The notes under the pieces: model-generated | What the model saw: only the letters and a program-made list of their open reading frames with translations | Databases searched by the model: none | Told to the model about the DNA's origin: nothing | Position numbers and translations under genes: made by a program | Shown here: piece by piece, positions 38,981 to 51,616 of the stretch | Layout of the letters: each line of letters starts with the position of its first letter | How positions within the stretch are numbered: the stretch's first letter is position 1 | Origin: Octopus sinensis | Lineage: Eukaryota | Assembly (NCBI RefSeq): GCF_006345805.1 | Contig: NC_043013.1 | Span: 45,570,001-45,634,000, forward strand | Reading direction: 5' to 3' | DNA length: 64,000 nt

Positions 38981-38992
38981 TGCATTATACCT

Positions 38993-39225
38993 ATTTCTTT
39001 TCTACCCACAACGGGCTAAACACTGAGAGGACAAACAAGGACAGACAAACGGATTGAGTCGATTATATCGACCCCAGTGCGTAACTGGTACTTATTTAAT
39101 CGACCCCGAAAGGATGAAAAGCAAAGTCGACCTCGGCGGAATTTGAACTCAGAACGTAGCGGCAGACTAAATACTGCAAAGCATTTCGCCCGGCGTGCTA
39201 ACGATTCTACCAGCTTGCTGCCTTT
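38993..39225 (-). mobile_element. SINE B, full length, with 17-bp TSD
   Basis: atgattgcattatacct at 38976-38992 and 39226-39242. Confidence 0.9.
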
Positions 39226-39789
39226 ATGATTGCATTATACCTCTTGGCAAAATCTAGGGTGCTGCATAAAGGAATTTTAGATATCGTGGACGTTAGTCCA
39301 TGCTCCATGTTGGCAAGGGTAGAACAAAAAGAAAAAAACTAACCAGCAAATAATGTCATAACCGATATTCCACTGATATAAGTTGGTGGCCTTCTTAATG
39401 GCTATTGTTTAGTTCTGAATCTGTTTACTAACCAATCCTATCTTGGAATTAAGTGGCATAATTAACCCGGTTAGATGCAAATTTTTCTTTATGATCCTTA
39501 ATGGTTATGAATACTTGGTATTCAGCTAAAATATTCAAACTTGTTTTATTTTAATTTTTTTTTTGTTATGTAATCTATCTTCACTGCGCACCTGTTCAGG
39601 TAATGTCAATTTGATGGAGGGAGTAAGCTAATGTACATCAGATACATTTGATCATTGTAAACAAATCATTTGCACAGGTTGTTTGGCAAAAACTGAACAT
39701 TCATATGGCGTCTTTGATGGAGGAGTCCATCACATTATTATTGTTATTATTATTATCATTATCATTTATTATTATTATTATTATTATTA

Positions 39790-40010
39790 AGGCTGCAAGC
39801 TGGCAGAATTGTCAGTGCACTAGATGAAATGCTTAGCAGTATTTCACCCGTTGCTACGTTCTGAGTTCAAACTCTGCTGAGGTCGACTTTGCCTTTCATC
39901 CTTTCAGGGTCAATGAAATAAGTACCAGTTGAACACTGGAGTTGATGCAATCAACTCATCCCCTCCCCCAAAATTGCTGCCCTTGTGGCAAAATTTGAAA
40001 CCATTATTAT
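39790..40010 (+). mobile_element. SINE B
   Basis: Head and body homology. Confidence 0.85.
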
Positions 40011-40038
40011 TGTTGTTGTTGTTGTTAATAAATAATAA

Positions 40039-40570
40039 TTGTCAAAGTACAAAGACCTCAAAATTGAAGTATTCAAGATGTGGCGCATGAAGGTGAAAAC
40101 AATACCAGTAATAATTGGAGCATTGGGCTTGATAAAGAAAAATCTGAGCAAAAACATAGACACTATACCTGGATCTTCAACACTACGCACTATCCAAAAA
40201 TAGCCCTGCTAGGTACAGCCCACATTGTATGTAAGATATTATCAATTTGATAATACAACCTAAACAAAACAATCCACAAATACAAGACACACTCTGTACA
40301 GTAAATATCCAATGAAATAAAACTACCACCAGCAGGCTGGGTACCCAATGCAGTACACACACAACACAATACAAATACTAATACAACAAAATATTGTGCT
40401 GTACCTCATAAAAAAAAAAAAAGCTAACACAATACTATAACAGGAAGAGTTTGCACACTCCAAACAAGAAAAAAGAACACACAGTGCTGCACAAATCCCA
40501 GCAACACAGAAGTGTAGCTGGTGATGCAGTACAAATTTGCCTGAAACTATCAAATGTTGAACAACGATAA
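40039..40570 (+). mobile_element. 5'-truncated R4/Dong-like non-LTR element (RLE C-terminus plus 3' UTR)
   Basis: LSKYKDLKIEVFKMWRMKVKTIPVIIGALGLIKK...IQK/IALLGTAHIVCKILSI* with one frameshift; TAA-rich flanks. Confidence 0.75.
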
Positions 40571-42871
40571 TAATGATAATGAGGTGAACTGGCAGGATCA
40601 TTAGCATGCTGGATAAGGTGCTTAGTGGCATTTTGTCCATCTTTATGTTCTGAGTTCAAATTCTGCTGAAGCTATATAAAATAATAATGATTTATAAAAT
40701 TTGGCACAGGACCAGCATATGAAATATGCTATATGAAATAATAGTGGTTTCAAATTTTGGCATGAGGCCAGCAAGTTTTGGGAGATGGATCGGTTGATTA
40801 CATTGACCCTGCTGCCCAGCTGATAATTATTTTTTCAACCCTGAAAGGCAAAGTTAACCACAGCAGCATTTAAAATCAGACTGTTTAGCAAGAATGGTGT
40901 GGTAATGACCCTGCCAGTTTGCCCCTGACCCCACTTTTAATGACGGCAGTCTCTCGAGTCTGGCAGTTCTACAATTTCTTGCTGCGCATAAGCTCTCTCT
41001 TTCTATCAAATCAAACTCAAATCAACATTACCTGTGAGAGTGCACAATGTATTATAAGTCATATGCTGAAGTGATCGCAGAGTAGTGTGAAATGAAATGT
41101 CTTATCCGAGAACACAAAGCACTACCTTGTCCAGGAACCAAACCCATGATCTGTGGATTGCGAGAACAACAACAATCACTTGTCCACATGTGTGAGTGGG
41201 CAAACAATAGAAAGAGGCACTCTACATATTTGGTGGGATCTGCATATATTTCACAACTAGCTTGACTTTGTCATATGGAGCTGAGTCAAATTGTTATATT
41301 TTATACAGGGACACACGGACACACACTTGCATGCATGTATGCATGTGTGCTGATAGGAGATTCTGAAGAAGATAGCAATAAAACCATATTTTTATGAAGC
41401 ACAATGTTTGGCTTTCAAACCTCATCAGTTTTACTTGTCACAATGCTTCAAATAACAGCTCAAATTAGTTGAGCTGCTAACAACTTGCAACCAGCTCAAG
41501 TTTGCATTCAGTTTTTCTACTTGAATGGCAGGAAATTTTTAAACCGTTACCTACTGCTACCATAACTCTTGAACTCTATCTCAGTTGACCTCTGGCTTTT
41601 AACTAGAGCAGTCAAGAGGCCTGTCTGACTGTCTGTGTCTCTACTTCACATTGTCTATTGTGATGACTTCCCTTTGTTTATGTATCGCTGACTTATCTTT
41701 GAAAAATGCTTTTTTTTTATGGGAAATTAGAAGTAAACAGACAATAAAACTATGTTTTATTAAATGCATTGTTTAACTTGAAATCTTTTCAAATATACAG
41801 ACACACATACTATGCAGTATAAAACATACATTGCTTTACATTATATTATATACAATTTAAACCATGTACTTGGGTCCCAAACCTTTCACAAGGAAGGAAC
41901 TCTTGTATTTAACTGGTTTCATCAACAGTCCCTAGTTTTTTTGAAAAGCTCGTGAAGGGGAATCAGTGCTTGATACTATATATACAATACTTTATAGTGT
42001 GTTTATAATGCAACCTATTGTACTGGAGTCACATGCAACCCTTTTTCCGGCTATTTGGATGATACATGAATATCATGATCATACGAATATGACTTGTTAC
42101 TCATGTTTTATAAGACTGTCTTTAAGTCTGATTGAAATTGAAACATTTTTATGATATATTACGTATCTTTATTTCCTTTCGCTTCATAGACTGTCATAAT
42201 AGTAGTTAAAATATTATTACACACGCACGATATATGCATGGACACACACACGTATCAAACACATATCCCCTGTTATAGAAGCAAAAATGACTTTGTGAGC
42301 AGAGGAAATAAGTTGATATTACTTATGGAATCTTATATACTAAGCTAGACTAATCATATAATTAATTTATTTAATATGGCAGGCCAGTATAATTGGTGCT
42401 GACAGTGTAAATTTGATTTGAAAGAACAGATACAATAAAAAGAGAATGAATGTGTTCGTTTATCTCTTAGAATGCTTACATATAGGCTTCCATGTCAAGT
42501 TATTCTAGATAGCTCTTCAAGTGTTAACCAAATAAGACCTTTGGAATAACATTTGACAAAGAATAAAGAATGATTAAATCTCTAACGTTCTTAATGATAA
42601 CAAACGTGTTAGCTGGGTTTTTGTTTAAAATTTAATTTACTTTGAGACATAAATATAACTAAGCACATTTCCTCTAAGATGTGTATCTTGCGGGAAATGT
42701 AAATTCAACAGATATTAAAAAGTATTTAAATAGTTGTCTACCAGACTTCTTTCCTGACCCAAAATTCAAATATTTCCCAGCAGTATTCTGTCAGGTGCCA
42801 AGTTACTGTGTAGTTGGATATGTTTAACTTCTGTAACTAACTTTGAGAGACCAGCATCTTCTCAGTTTCAG

Positions 42872-43278
42872 TACTCTTTTACTGTTTTAGTCATTTGACT
42901 GTGGCCATGCTGGAGCACCACCTTTAGTCGAGCAAATCGACCCCCAGGACTTATTCTTTGTAAGCCTAGTACTTATTTTATCTGTCTCTTTTGCCGAACC
43001 GCTAAGTTACGAGGACGTAAAACACACCAGCATCGGTTGTCAAGCGATGTTGGTGGGACAAACACAGACACACACACACACACATACATACATACATATA
43101 TATATACATATATATACGACGGGCTTCTTTCAGTTTCCGTCTACCAAAACCACTCACAAGGCTTTGGTCAGCCCGAGGCTATAGCAGAAGACAATTGCCC
43201 AAGATGCCACGCAGTGGGACTGAAACCGGAACCATGTGGTTGGTTAGCAAGCTACTTACCACACAGCCTCTCCTACGC
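42872..43278 (-). mobile_element. SINE family A
   Basis: Full-length homology. Confidence 0.9.
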
Positions 43279-43691
43279 TTAGCTTATAGCGTTGATCTTT
43301 AGAAAACAGATTGGATGTCTCGTTATTGAAATTAGAGAGCATTGAACATTATAACTGAAGACCATGTGTAGTTTTATTGCTCCATCACTAAGTTTGTTTT
43401 TCTGTCTAACTTTGCTGTCAGATAAATATGGATGGTGTGTTTAGAGTTATGACTACCTCATAACACAAAAACATTCAAAAGGCTGTCATAAGCCATCATG
43501 ACTCTCCAAGTTGAAATGTTGAAACCTTTCTAGGTATTTTTATTAAAAATGGCAGCGATGTCATGTCTACTGTCAGATATTTAAAACAAATCTTCAAAAA
43601 TCTTTTGACTAACATTCTGCAACAATCAAGAATATTTTCAGAAAGAGACTGGGAAAAAAAAAAAGATTGGAGTTATGTATGCAATAGTGTT

Positions 43692-44152
43692 AGTGACTGT
43701 GTGGTAAGTAGCCTGCTTACCAACCACACGGTTCCGGGTTCAGTCCCACTGCGTGGCACCTTGGGAAAGTGTCTTCTACTATAGCCTCGGGCTGACCAAA
43801 GCCTTGTGAGTGGATTTGGTAGACGGAAACTGAAAGAAGCCTGTCGTATATATATATATGTGTGTGTGTTTGTGTTTGTCTCCCCAACATCGCTTGTGAG
43901 TGGATTTGGTAGACGGAAACTGAAAGAAGCCTGTTGTATATATATGTGTGTGTGTTTGTGTTTGTCTCCCCAACATCGCTTGACAACCGATGCTGGTATG
44001 TTTACGTCCCCGTTACTTAGCGGTTCGGCAAAAGAGACCGATAGAATAAGTACTAGGCTTACAAAGAATAAGACCTGGGGTCGATTTGCTCAACTAAAAG
44101 GCGGTGCTCCAGCATGGCCAAAGTCAAATGACTGAAACAAGTAAAAAAAAAA
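43692..44152 (+). mobile_element. SINE family A with a ~90-bp internal tandem duplication
   Basis: Units at 43803-43892 and 43893-43978. Confidence 0.9.
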
Positions 44153-44526
44153 AAGAAAAAGAAAAAAAAAGATACTGGCTATGTTGAGCATAATTATTGT
44201 ATAAAATTATAATCCTTTATGTTGCAGTTGGGTGGTCTTTTAAAACTAGAAGTTTTGCAACCTTCAAATACAAGCAAGTTATATATTATGATAATAATAC
44301 AAGCTATATATAATGAACAGTTGAGGTTGCCACAGTTTTTTTGCGACTGATTTGTGTTTAGGTTCTCCACAAAAAGAACAACATTGAGTTAAGTGTGGGT
44401 GGTGGTGTTTTTATTGGAGTGCTGATGGTTTGTAATTGATGTGAAAGCAAAAATAAAACAGCAGCTTGGTGCAGTTTGGCTAGGAAGAAACTAAGAAGCA
44501 GATGCATCATGTAATTTTAACTGCAG

Positions 44527-44625
44527 GTGATATGGAAACTGTATACTCAAAAATAGTGCAAACCAATGTAGAAATGATAACAGCATCAATAGTAGGAGGC
44601 AAAGTCACCCTAGAGATAAACCAAG
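44527..44625 (+). other. Candidate 99-nt coding exon (phase 1-1), gene unknown
   Basis: ttttaactgcag|G acceptor and CAAG|GTAGAT donor. Single open frame (G)DMETVYSKIVQTNVEMITASIVGGKVTLEINQ; the other two frames have stops. Confidence 0.3.
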
Positions 44626-45223
44626 GTAGATTTCTTGACTAAATTATTTATCAGTAATGGATTCTACAGTTAAATGTAGCAGAATCTGGTGGTAGAAATA
44701 CGACTTATGGGATAAATGTTTTGCCTTAATGCAACATTTTGAGCTTATAGGTATTAATCAGAATGTTATGATTCTTTGAGATAACTGCTTCAGTGTTACT
44801 TGACACCACTAGAGGGAGCTATATATTTACTGTCAGAAGGTACAGGAATTGTTGTTGTCTCTTGTTGACAGCTGATGAAGGATGTGTCCTGCAGTGAGCT
44901 ATACATAAAATATTAATACATATATTTTTTTTTTTTTTATCTAGTTTCAGCTCACGAGCTGTGGCCATGCTGGGGCACTGCAAATATATGGTAGCATTAT
45001 ATAAAAATACAAGTTAGCATTCTAGTATTAACATCGAAACATATAAAATTTCAAAGTCTTATTTTCTATTTTGGATACTGTCCAACTACATCCAGCTATT
45101 TTATCTCTTCTTTCTTTCTCTCTGTATGTACATATGTGTGTGAGAGAATAAGTGTATGCTTTTATTCTTTCAGTATGCCATTGGACTTCAAGCATATTAT
45201 ACATTGTCCTTGAGGATATATAT

Positions 45224-45272
<49 letters not shown>

Positions 45273-45473
45273 GCACAAAGCTTTGTCAGTGAACAGGTCA
45301 TGGTCTCATAGCGACGAAAATATTTTGACAAATTAAATTTAAATGTTTAAGTGAATCTAACGGTTTTGTGTGTTTCTGAAATGGCTTATAAACACCTTCC
45401 ACACTGCAATTGTTTTCATTCCAGATCAAGTCACTCGCTATGCAAGTACATCTCCGTAATATATATATATATC

Positions 45474-45507
<34 letters not shown>

Positions 45508-45776
45508 CACGTGATCACATGTCCGACCAGACCATCAGATGTTGTTACACATCGCTGGTCACAATGCATTCGCATTGATTTAGCCTTCGAATGACGCCAC
45601 CCCGCTGGCTAAGCGAGCAGGCCAACAGGAGAAAAGAGTACAGCAGGGATCACCACCCCCTGCCGGAGCCTTGTGGAGCTTTTAGATGTTTTTGCTCTAT
45701 AAACACTCACAACGCCCGGTCTGGGAATCGAAACCGTGAGTCCGCTGCCCTAACCACTGGGCCATTGCGCCTCCAC
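45508..45776 (-). mobile_element. tRNA-derived SINE (family D)
   Basis: Minus head gtggaggcgcaatggcccagtggttagggcagcggactc ... gtttcgattccc (A and B boxes). Confidence 0.8.
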
Positions 45777-46504
45777 ACACACACACACACATATATATTG
45801 TGTGTGCCTGACAGGCTTCTGCATAGTTTCCATCTAGCAAATCCCACTCACAAAGCGCTGGTCAACCTCAAGCTTCAATGGAAAACAGTTACCTAAGGAG
45901 CAGTGTAATGGGATTGAACCTAGAATCTTGTGAAGTGAACTTCTTAATTCTTACCCACAAAGTTGTGTGTGTCTTTGTGCGTATGATAAGTGAATACTTA
46001 ACTCAAATGTTGGCGAGATAGAACTTCAGAAATATTTGTCCATGGGTGATGAGATCTATTTATAACAAAAGAAAATGAATGGGAGTTGTTGGCATTTGTG
46101 CCTTTCCCAGTACCATTAGCAGCATATAAGAAGTGAGATAGCATTAGCTCGGAATCAAAACCCGGTTGCAGGCTCTGTTAATTGTGGCTTTCGCTTCTTA
46201 TTCTATGGTACCTCATATTCTCTCACACCCAGACACACACATGTACTTGCATATAATGTATAGCATTACATTGATTTAATCATGTATTCTAGAAGGGAAA
46301 AATATGTATTAACTTCCTTTCAATAATGTCTCCATTATTTTCAGGGAGAGAAGTAGTGATGGTAATGGTGGTGGCAGCGTTGGTTGTGATGTGTTGGTGG
46401 TAGGGTAGTGTAGTCATAGTGATATTAACCATACTTCATATAATGCTGGGATAAAGCAGATGGCTTGTGTGTGTATGTGTATTATACACCTCCCACATCC
46501 TCTG

Positions 46505-46678
46505 TGTGATGTGTATACATTATATAATATACATATATGTATATATATATATATATTATATACATATATGTATATATATATATATATACATATATGTATA
46601 TATATATATATACATATATGTATATATATATATACATTTATGTATATATATACATATATATATATATGTATATATGTA

Positions 46679-46719
<41 letters not shown>

Positions 46720-46753
46720 GTATATATATATATACATATATGTATATATATGC

Positions 46754-46833
<80 letters not shown>

Positions 46834-46854
46834 CATATATATATATATATGTAT

Positions 46855-46912
<58 letters not shown>

Positions 46913-46913
46913 T

Positions 46914-46960
<47 letters not shown>

Positions 46961-46976
46961 CATACATACATACATA

Positions 46977-47021
<45 letters not shown>

Positions 47022-47045
47022 TACACATAATATATTAATATATAT
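46505..47045. repeat. ~540-bp imperfect (AT)n microsatellite
   Basis: Continuous AT dinucleotides interrupted by ac/gt. Confidence 0.97.
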
Positions 47046-47700
47046 ATTCACACACACACTCTCACTCACCCTCATATACACTCACTCACATCTCCTAGTT
47101 AATAGCTCACTTATAAAGCATTGTATGAGTAAATAAAATATTTAATTTGCTGAATCCTAAAATGTCTAATTTTGAAATTCAAAATTTAATTGCAATTTTA
47201 TATATCTTTATAAATCTCTCTATATATGTATGTATGGGTGTGTGTATGGACTATCTGAAAACAAAACAAAAAAAAACTTAAGTTTTGATGAAAGTTTGTT
47301 TTATTGATCAAAATGACGTTCTGTAGCCTGACAGTCTCGGATGTAGTCACTCTAAGCCTTGTAAATGTCTCAAGTTTGTAGAGAAATTGTTTATTCTGCC
47401 CTGTGTACTTTATAGATTTCATATTGCTTTAGTACAACAGATTGTGGAATGAAATTAGGAATGTCATTATGTTTGTCAGATCTTTAAAACAATCCTCTTT
47501 TGTTGCACTGTAATTCATACACACTCAAAATTGATTATCATTTGCTGGTCAAAAAGTAATTCTGGTGGGTAGAATCTGTGTTGGACCTTTCTAGAATTTC
47601 ACATGATGACTGTTACACTAATCTATTTTTATTCATTTATGTTCTTAGCTTGCTGAGTTCATAAAGGGTTGGTTTGTGTTTCCTGTTTCATAGCCCTTAA

Positions 47701-48128
47701 CCTTTTCGTTACCATATTGAGATGCTCTGTGTTTCTTTCAATTAATTTTAACCCTTTAGTGTTCAGATTACTCTGTTAAATCTAATACTTTTCCACTCAA
47801 ATGTTTTGAATCAATCATGCATTATCTTATATCTTTGAGGTTTCAATAATGTGATTGTTTATATTTAGAATGACATTGTCGGGTAGGTGTGAGAGGCCAG
47901 ATATTGCCAATTTGAATATAAAACATGTAGAATATCTGGGCCAGATATGGCCGGTTTAAAACACTAAAGGGTTAAATATAACTAAGAATTTAGTAAAATA
48001 ACTTAGTTATCATTAAGATAGTGTTAGGAACATAAATTGTGACTATGGTTTGGTGTAAGATTTTAATTCAGAACTTTTGAAAACAAGATATTTGCACTAC
48101 AGACTTAAAGGTGGTTTCAGCTGGGTTA
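47701..48128. mobile_element. MITE-2 (reverse orientation) containing a nested MITE-1, truncated by a SINE A fragment
   Basis: ttaa-ccttttcgttacc start; MITE-2 body resumes after 47975; SINE A fragment at ~48130-48228. Confidence 0.8.
47752..47971. mobile_element. MITE-1 nested in MITE-2
   Basis: TTAA at 47748-47751 and 47972-47975; TIR ccctttagtgtt / aacactaaaggg. Confidence 0.9.
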
Positions 48129-48399
48129 GTCGAACAAATCGACCCCAGGACTTATTCTTTGTAAGCCTAGTACTTATTGTATCGGTCTCTTTTGCTGAAC
48201 CGCTAAGTTACGGGAACGTAGACACACTTTTATTTTAATAAATGTAGCTTACTGCAAGTTATGGATGATTCTTTTATGACTTCATTGCTTTCAGGCTGAG
48301 CTGAAGGTATTTTCGCACCTGACATCACAAAATGCGTCTGAATAAACATTGCCAGACAGCAAATAGAGACTCAGACATTGCTTAGAAAATATTTTAAAT

Positions 48400-48486
48400 T
48401 TTTAACCTCGTATATAGTATGCACTAGGGATTTTGACCTTTAAATTTTGGGAAAAAAGTGCGGATTATACTCGAGGATTTATGGTA
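48400..48486. mobile_element. Terminal fragment of a Tc1/mariner (Tc2/pogo-like) MITE
   Basis: gtgcggattatactcgaggatttatgg-ta end with an internal partner ctcgtatatagtatgcac; the other end was not found. Confidence 0.4.
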
Positions 48487-48645
48487 TCAAGTAGATGATA
48501 TACCTTTTAATTACTCTTGATATAAATGATTATGTAGTCTCTTCTGTGTTGCTGATGTTTTGCTCCAAGTCTTATCCTAGTCTCATTAGGCATGGACAAC
48601 CTTTTCCAAGAAGCTGGCTGCATGAGACATAGCTCACCATCAGGT

Positions 48646-48925
48646 GTTGTTGTTTGTTCCTTCTCGAGCCATGCCTGGCTCATAAGGGCCGGTTTCCCGG
48701 TTTCTTGGCGTATAGGTTCCCCACCTGGACGGGACGCAGGAGGAAAGAGTGAGAGAAAGTTGTGGTGAAAGAGTCAGCAAGAAGTTCGCCATTACCTTCT
48801 GCCAGAGTCGCGTGGAGCTTAGGTGTTTTCGCTCATAAACACATACATTGCCCGGTCTGAGATTCGAACCCGCGATCCCTCGACTGCGAGTCCGCTGCTC
48901 TAACCACTAGGCAATGTGTCTCCAC
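48646..48925 (-). mobile_element. tRNA-derived SINE sharing the family D head but with a different 3' body
   Basis: Minus head gtggagacacattgcctagtggttagagcagcggactcgc ... ggttcgaatctc; catcaggtgt occurs on both flanks. Confidence 0.8.
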
Positions 48926-49854
48926 TCATCATCAGGTGTGCTGCATTACCAAAAAAATTCAAGAATTTTCTCTTTAAGCATGCTGAGCAGGAAGTCCCTG
49001 AGACCACTGGTTACCTACGACTGGCATAGACCATGGTCAAAAGTCTTCTGACCATGGATAAACTGTTGTTTTTGTTATGATGGTCAGGTATTTGGTTGCT
49101 GTTTCTAGCAAACTGGGCAATCACATAAAAGGTTCTTTGTTAGCCTGTGTTCTGACATAGGCCAGTTCCATTATTACATTTTGTGGAGTAACAGCTTACT
49201 TGTTAGACTCGGAGTAAAATCTACTGAATAATTGTTCTCTAACTAGTGGCACAAATATATAGTCTCTACGTGGTTGTTCAACCTGCTAGTAAAAGCAGTC
49301 TAACTTCCTTTAAGCAACATTGTATTTAGTATCTTTAAAAGAAAAAGGGAAAAGGAAGGATATAATTTGTATAATCACCTTGCTTGGCAACAGGTGGGGG
49401 TTGGCGTCAGGAAGGGCATCCGGCCGTAGAAAACTTGCCACACACATAGCGCTGCGTATATGTGCGTATAAATATATTGTGAGGAAATAAGATTGGATGG
49501 TCATGGCCATAATGTTCTGCTTGTCTGTCTACTGAATCAGAATTGACCTCAGGGTTAAACAAAAGCACTATCTCTGTAGCTGGATTTAATTGTATTATCT
49601 TTTCAGTCAGCAATATTATAAACATCGCAACGGTCATATTACATCGTTATAGAAATATAGTTGGTAGATGTTATTGCCAGTTGCATCATCATCTACATCA
49701 TTGTCATCATCATTGCTAGGAGATAGCAGAAACTTTACAGATAGAAAAGAGCCTGATCTGATGTATTCGTTGTCTACGAGTAAATGTTGGCATTATTGTC
49801 TGTGTCAGGTTAATCTCTTATCTGAGAGTTTTAGTTTCTTCTTTGCTGAACACT

Positions 49855-50135
49855 CACTTTTATAGTGATGGCATCAATGACTCTGTAGGATCAATTCTTG
49901 CATTGAAGGGTCGATGGCATTGACTGCATGGTAATGTTGGTGGAGAATGAAGCTGATTTTGTTGAGCCTTTCTCTCCTGTCATTTGATTTCTTCCTTTTT
50001 CTCTTTTGTGGCTTTGAATCTTTTGGTTCTGATGGTGAAAGGACACTGCCCACTTGGCACAGTCTTTCAGTTGGCTTTCAGTGGCTTTCAGTTGTCATTG
50101 CATGGTTTTGGTTTCAATTTGTGCCAAGGCAAAAT
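49855..50135 (-). pseudogene. Possible BovB-like RTE C-terminal zinc-finger remnant
   Basis: Minus PCSQCHRPFNARI / LQSH*CHH resembles CxxCxRxFxARIGLxSHxRxH. Confidence 0.4.
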
Positions 50136-50372
50136 CTACCATGTCCTGTTGCGTGTGTACTGAGATCAGTATCATTGACCTCACCCTGACACTCCATTTC
50201 TATCTGAGCTAAATAAATAAGTCACCAAAGGGTAGAGAGGGGATCGCACAGAGCTGACATTGTAGGAAAGAAAGACAGGACAAAAGGAATCGTGTGCCCT
50301 TCTTATGAGGATTGTAGATACAACATGAAAGATGAGAAGAGATGAGTATGAGTTCAGAATGTATATATATAT

Positions 50373-50666
50373 CATCATCATTTAACGTCCATTTTCCATG
50401 CTAGCATGGGTTGGACGGTTCGACCGGGGTCTGGTAAGCCATGGAGGCTGCACCAGACTCTAGTCTGATTTGGTAGTGTTTCTACAACTGGATGCCCTTC
50501 CTAATGCCAACCAACCACTCCGTGAGTGGGTGTTTTTTACGTGCCACCGGCGCAGTGGCCATGATTGGTTGGTGCTTTTACGTGTCACCAACACGGACGC
50601 CAGTAAGGCGACGCTAGTATCTGCTGCGTTCGGACGGTGCATTTTACATGTCATCGGCACGGGTGT
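50373..50666 (-). mobile_element. Family C with tandem units
   Basis: Homology; three units. Confidence 0.85.
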
Positions 50667-51355
50667 CTTATATATATATTAGAGGATTAACAAACTAAAC
50701 TTGTTTCAAACTGACAACAACTGAAGTTCCAGTACTACTTTCTTCCAATCTTGTTAGTAACCAGATATTTTGATGGTATGTACTTAGTCTGCAAAAGAAA
50801 AAAAAAAATCATAAAAATATAACTATTGCATGAATTTGGAGGAAATTTGATTATAGGATGTAATGATTGTTGGTATACATTGTGAAATTGGTTTTTACCT
50901 GTTGTCATGTCACTGTCACCTGGCCTGATGGGTTGACTATAAAATAAGTTGACTACATGTAAATGTTTTCCTAGATGTTTCAAGATATTGATTCCTGGGC
51001 GTAAATTTTCTGTTTTAAGAGATGAATTTGTATTCCAATAGTCTCTGTAACTTGGAAGTTACACAACTTGACGTTCAATTTCATTTCCTCCTGACAAAAA
51101 TTTCTTCAGGAAAAAAGGTAAAGAAAATATTAAGCTCAAAAATTTTGTGAGCCTCACGGAAGTATTGATGCCATGATCAGCTGTGTGATCACTTCACTCC
51201 TGCTCAGAATCAATGACTTGACATAAATTCCAGTCAGAATCACTGAGATCACTGATGTGTAATAGACGACATTGAAATATCATTCTCATTATTTTATCCA
51301 AGCCTAAACTCTCCTTCTCTAATTAAATCATTAATAAATAATTATAGATATATCA

Positions 51356-51616
51356 TCTCTATATATAAATGGCAAAATGTCTCTGTGTGTCCTTTATACA
51401 AATCCACAATTTTTCAGTTAGAGGGCTCGCACTTTCTATGGTCATTCAAAACCGCCCAAGGGTGGTCGTGCACATCTTTACATTTCCCCAGTCACCCCGC
51501 AAAGCCATTAAAAAAATCAATAGAAGTGACTTTTTTGTGAATTTTCTATCCAAAACCCAATCAAATTGTCCAAAACTTGATACGCCAATTGAATGCTAGC
51601 AGGGTCATAGTGCTAG
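51356..51616 (+). mobile_element. Non-autonomous Helitron-like element
   Basis: A|TCTCTATATATAAA start and CTAG|T end; subterminal hairpin is degenerate. Confidence 0.55.

Noticed and set aside
41401-41434. Minus-strand ctgatgaggtttgaaagccaaac hammerhead-like string
   Set aside because: It lacks the conserved G12, stem II is only 2 bp, and there is no convincing stem I.
44866-44896. Hammerhead-like ctgatgaaggatgtgtcct
   Set aside because: The hairpin is followed by gcag rather than GAAA, and there is no stem I partner.
45700-45776. Possible tRNA genes (here and at 48850-48925)
   Set aside because: The A/B boxes continue into SINE bodies and the cloverleaf is disrupted; these are SINE heads.
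46414-47136. Long ORFs of 187-204 aa (YIYI...)
   Set aside because: These are translations of the (AT)n microsatellite.
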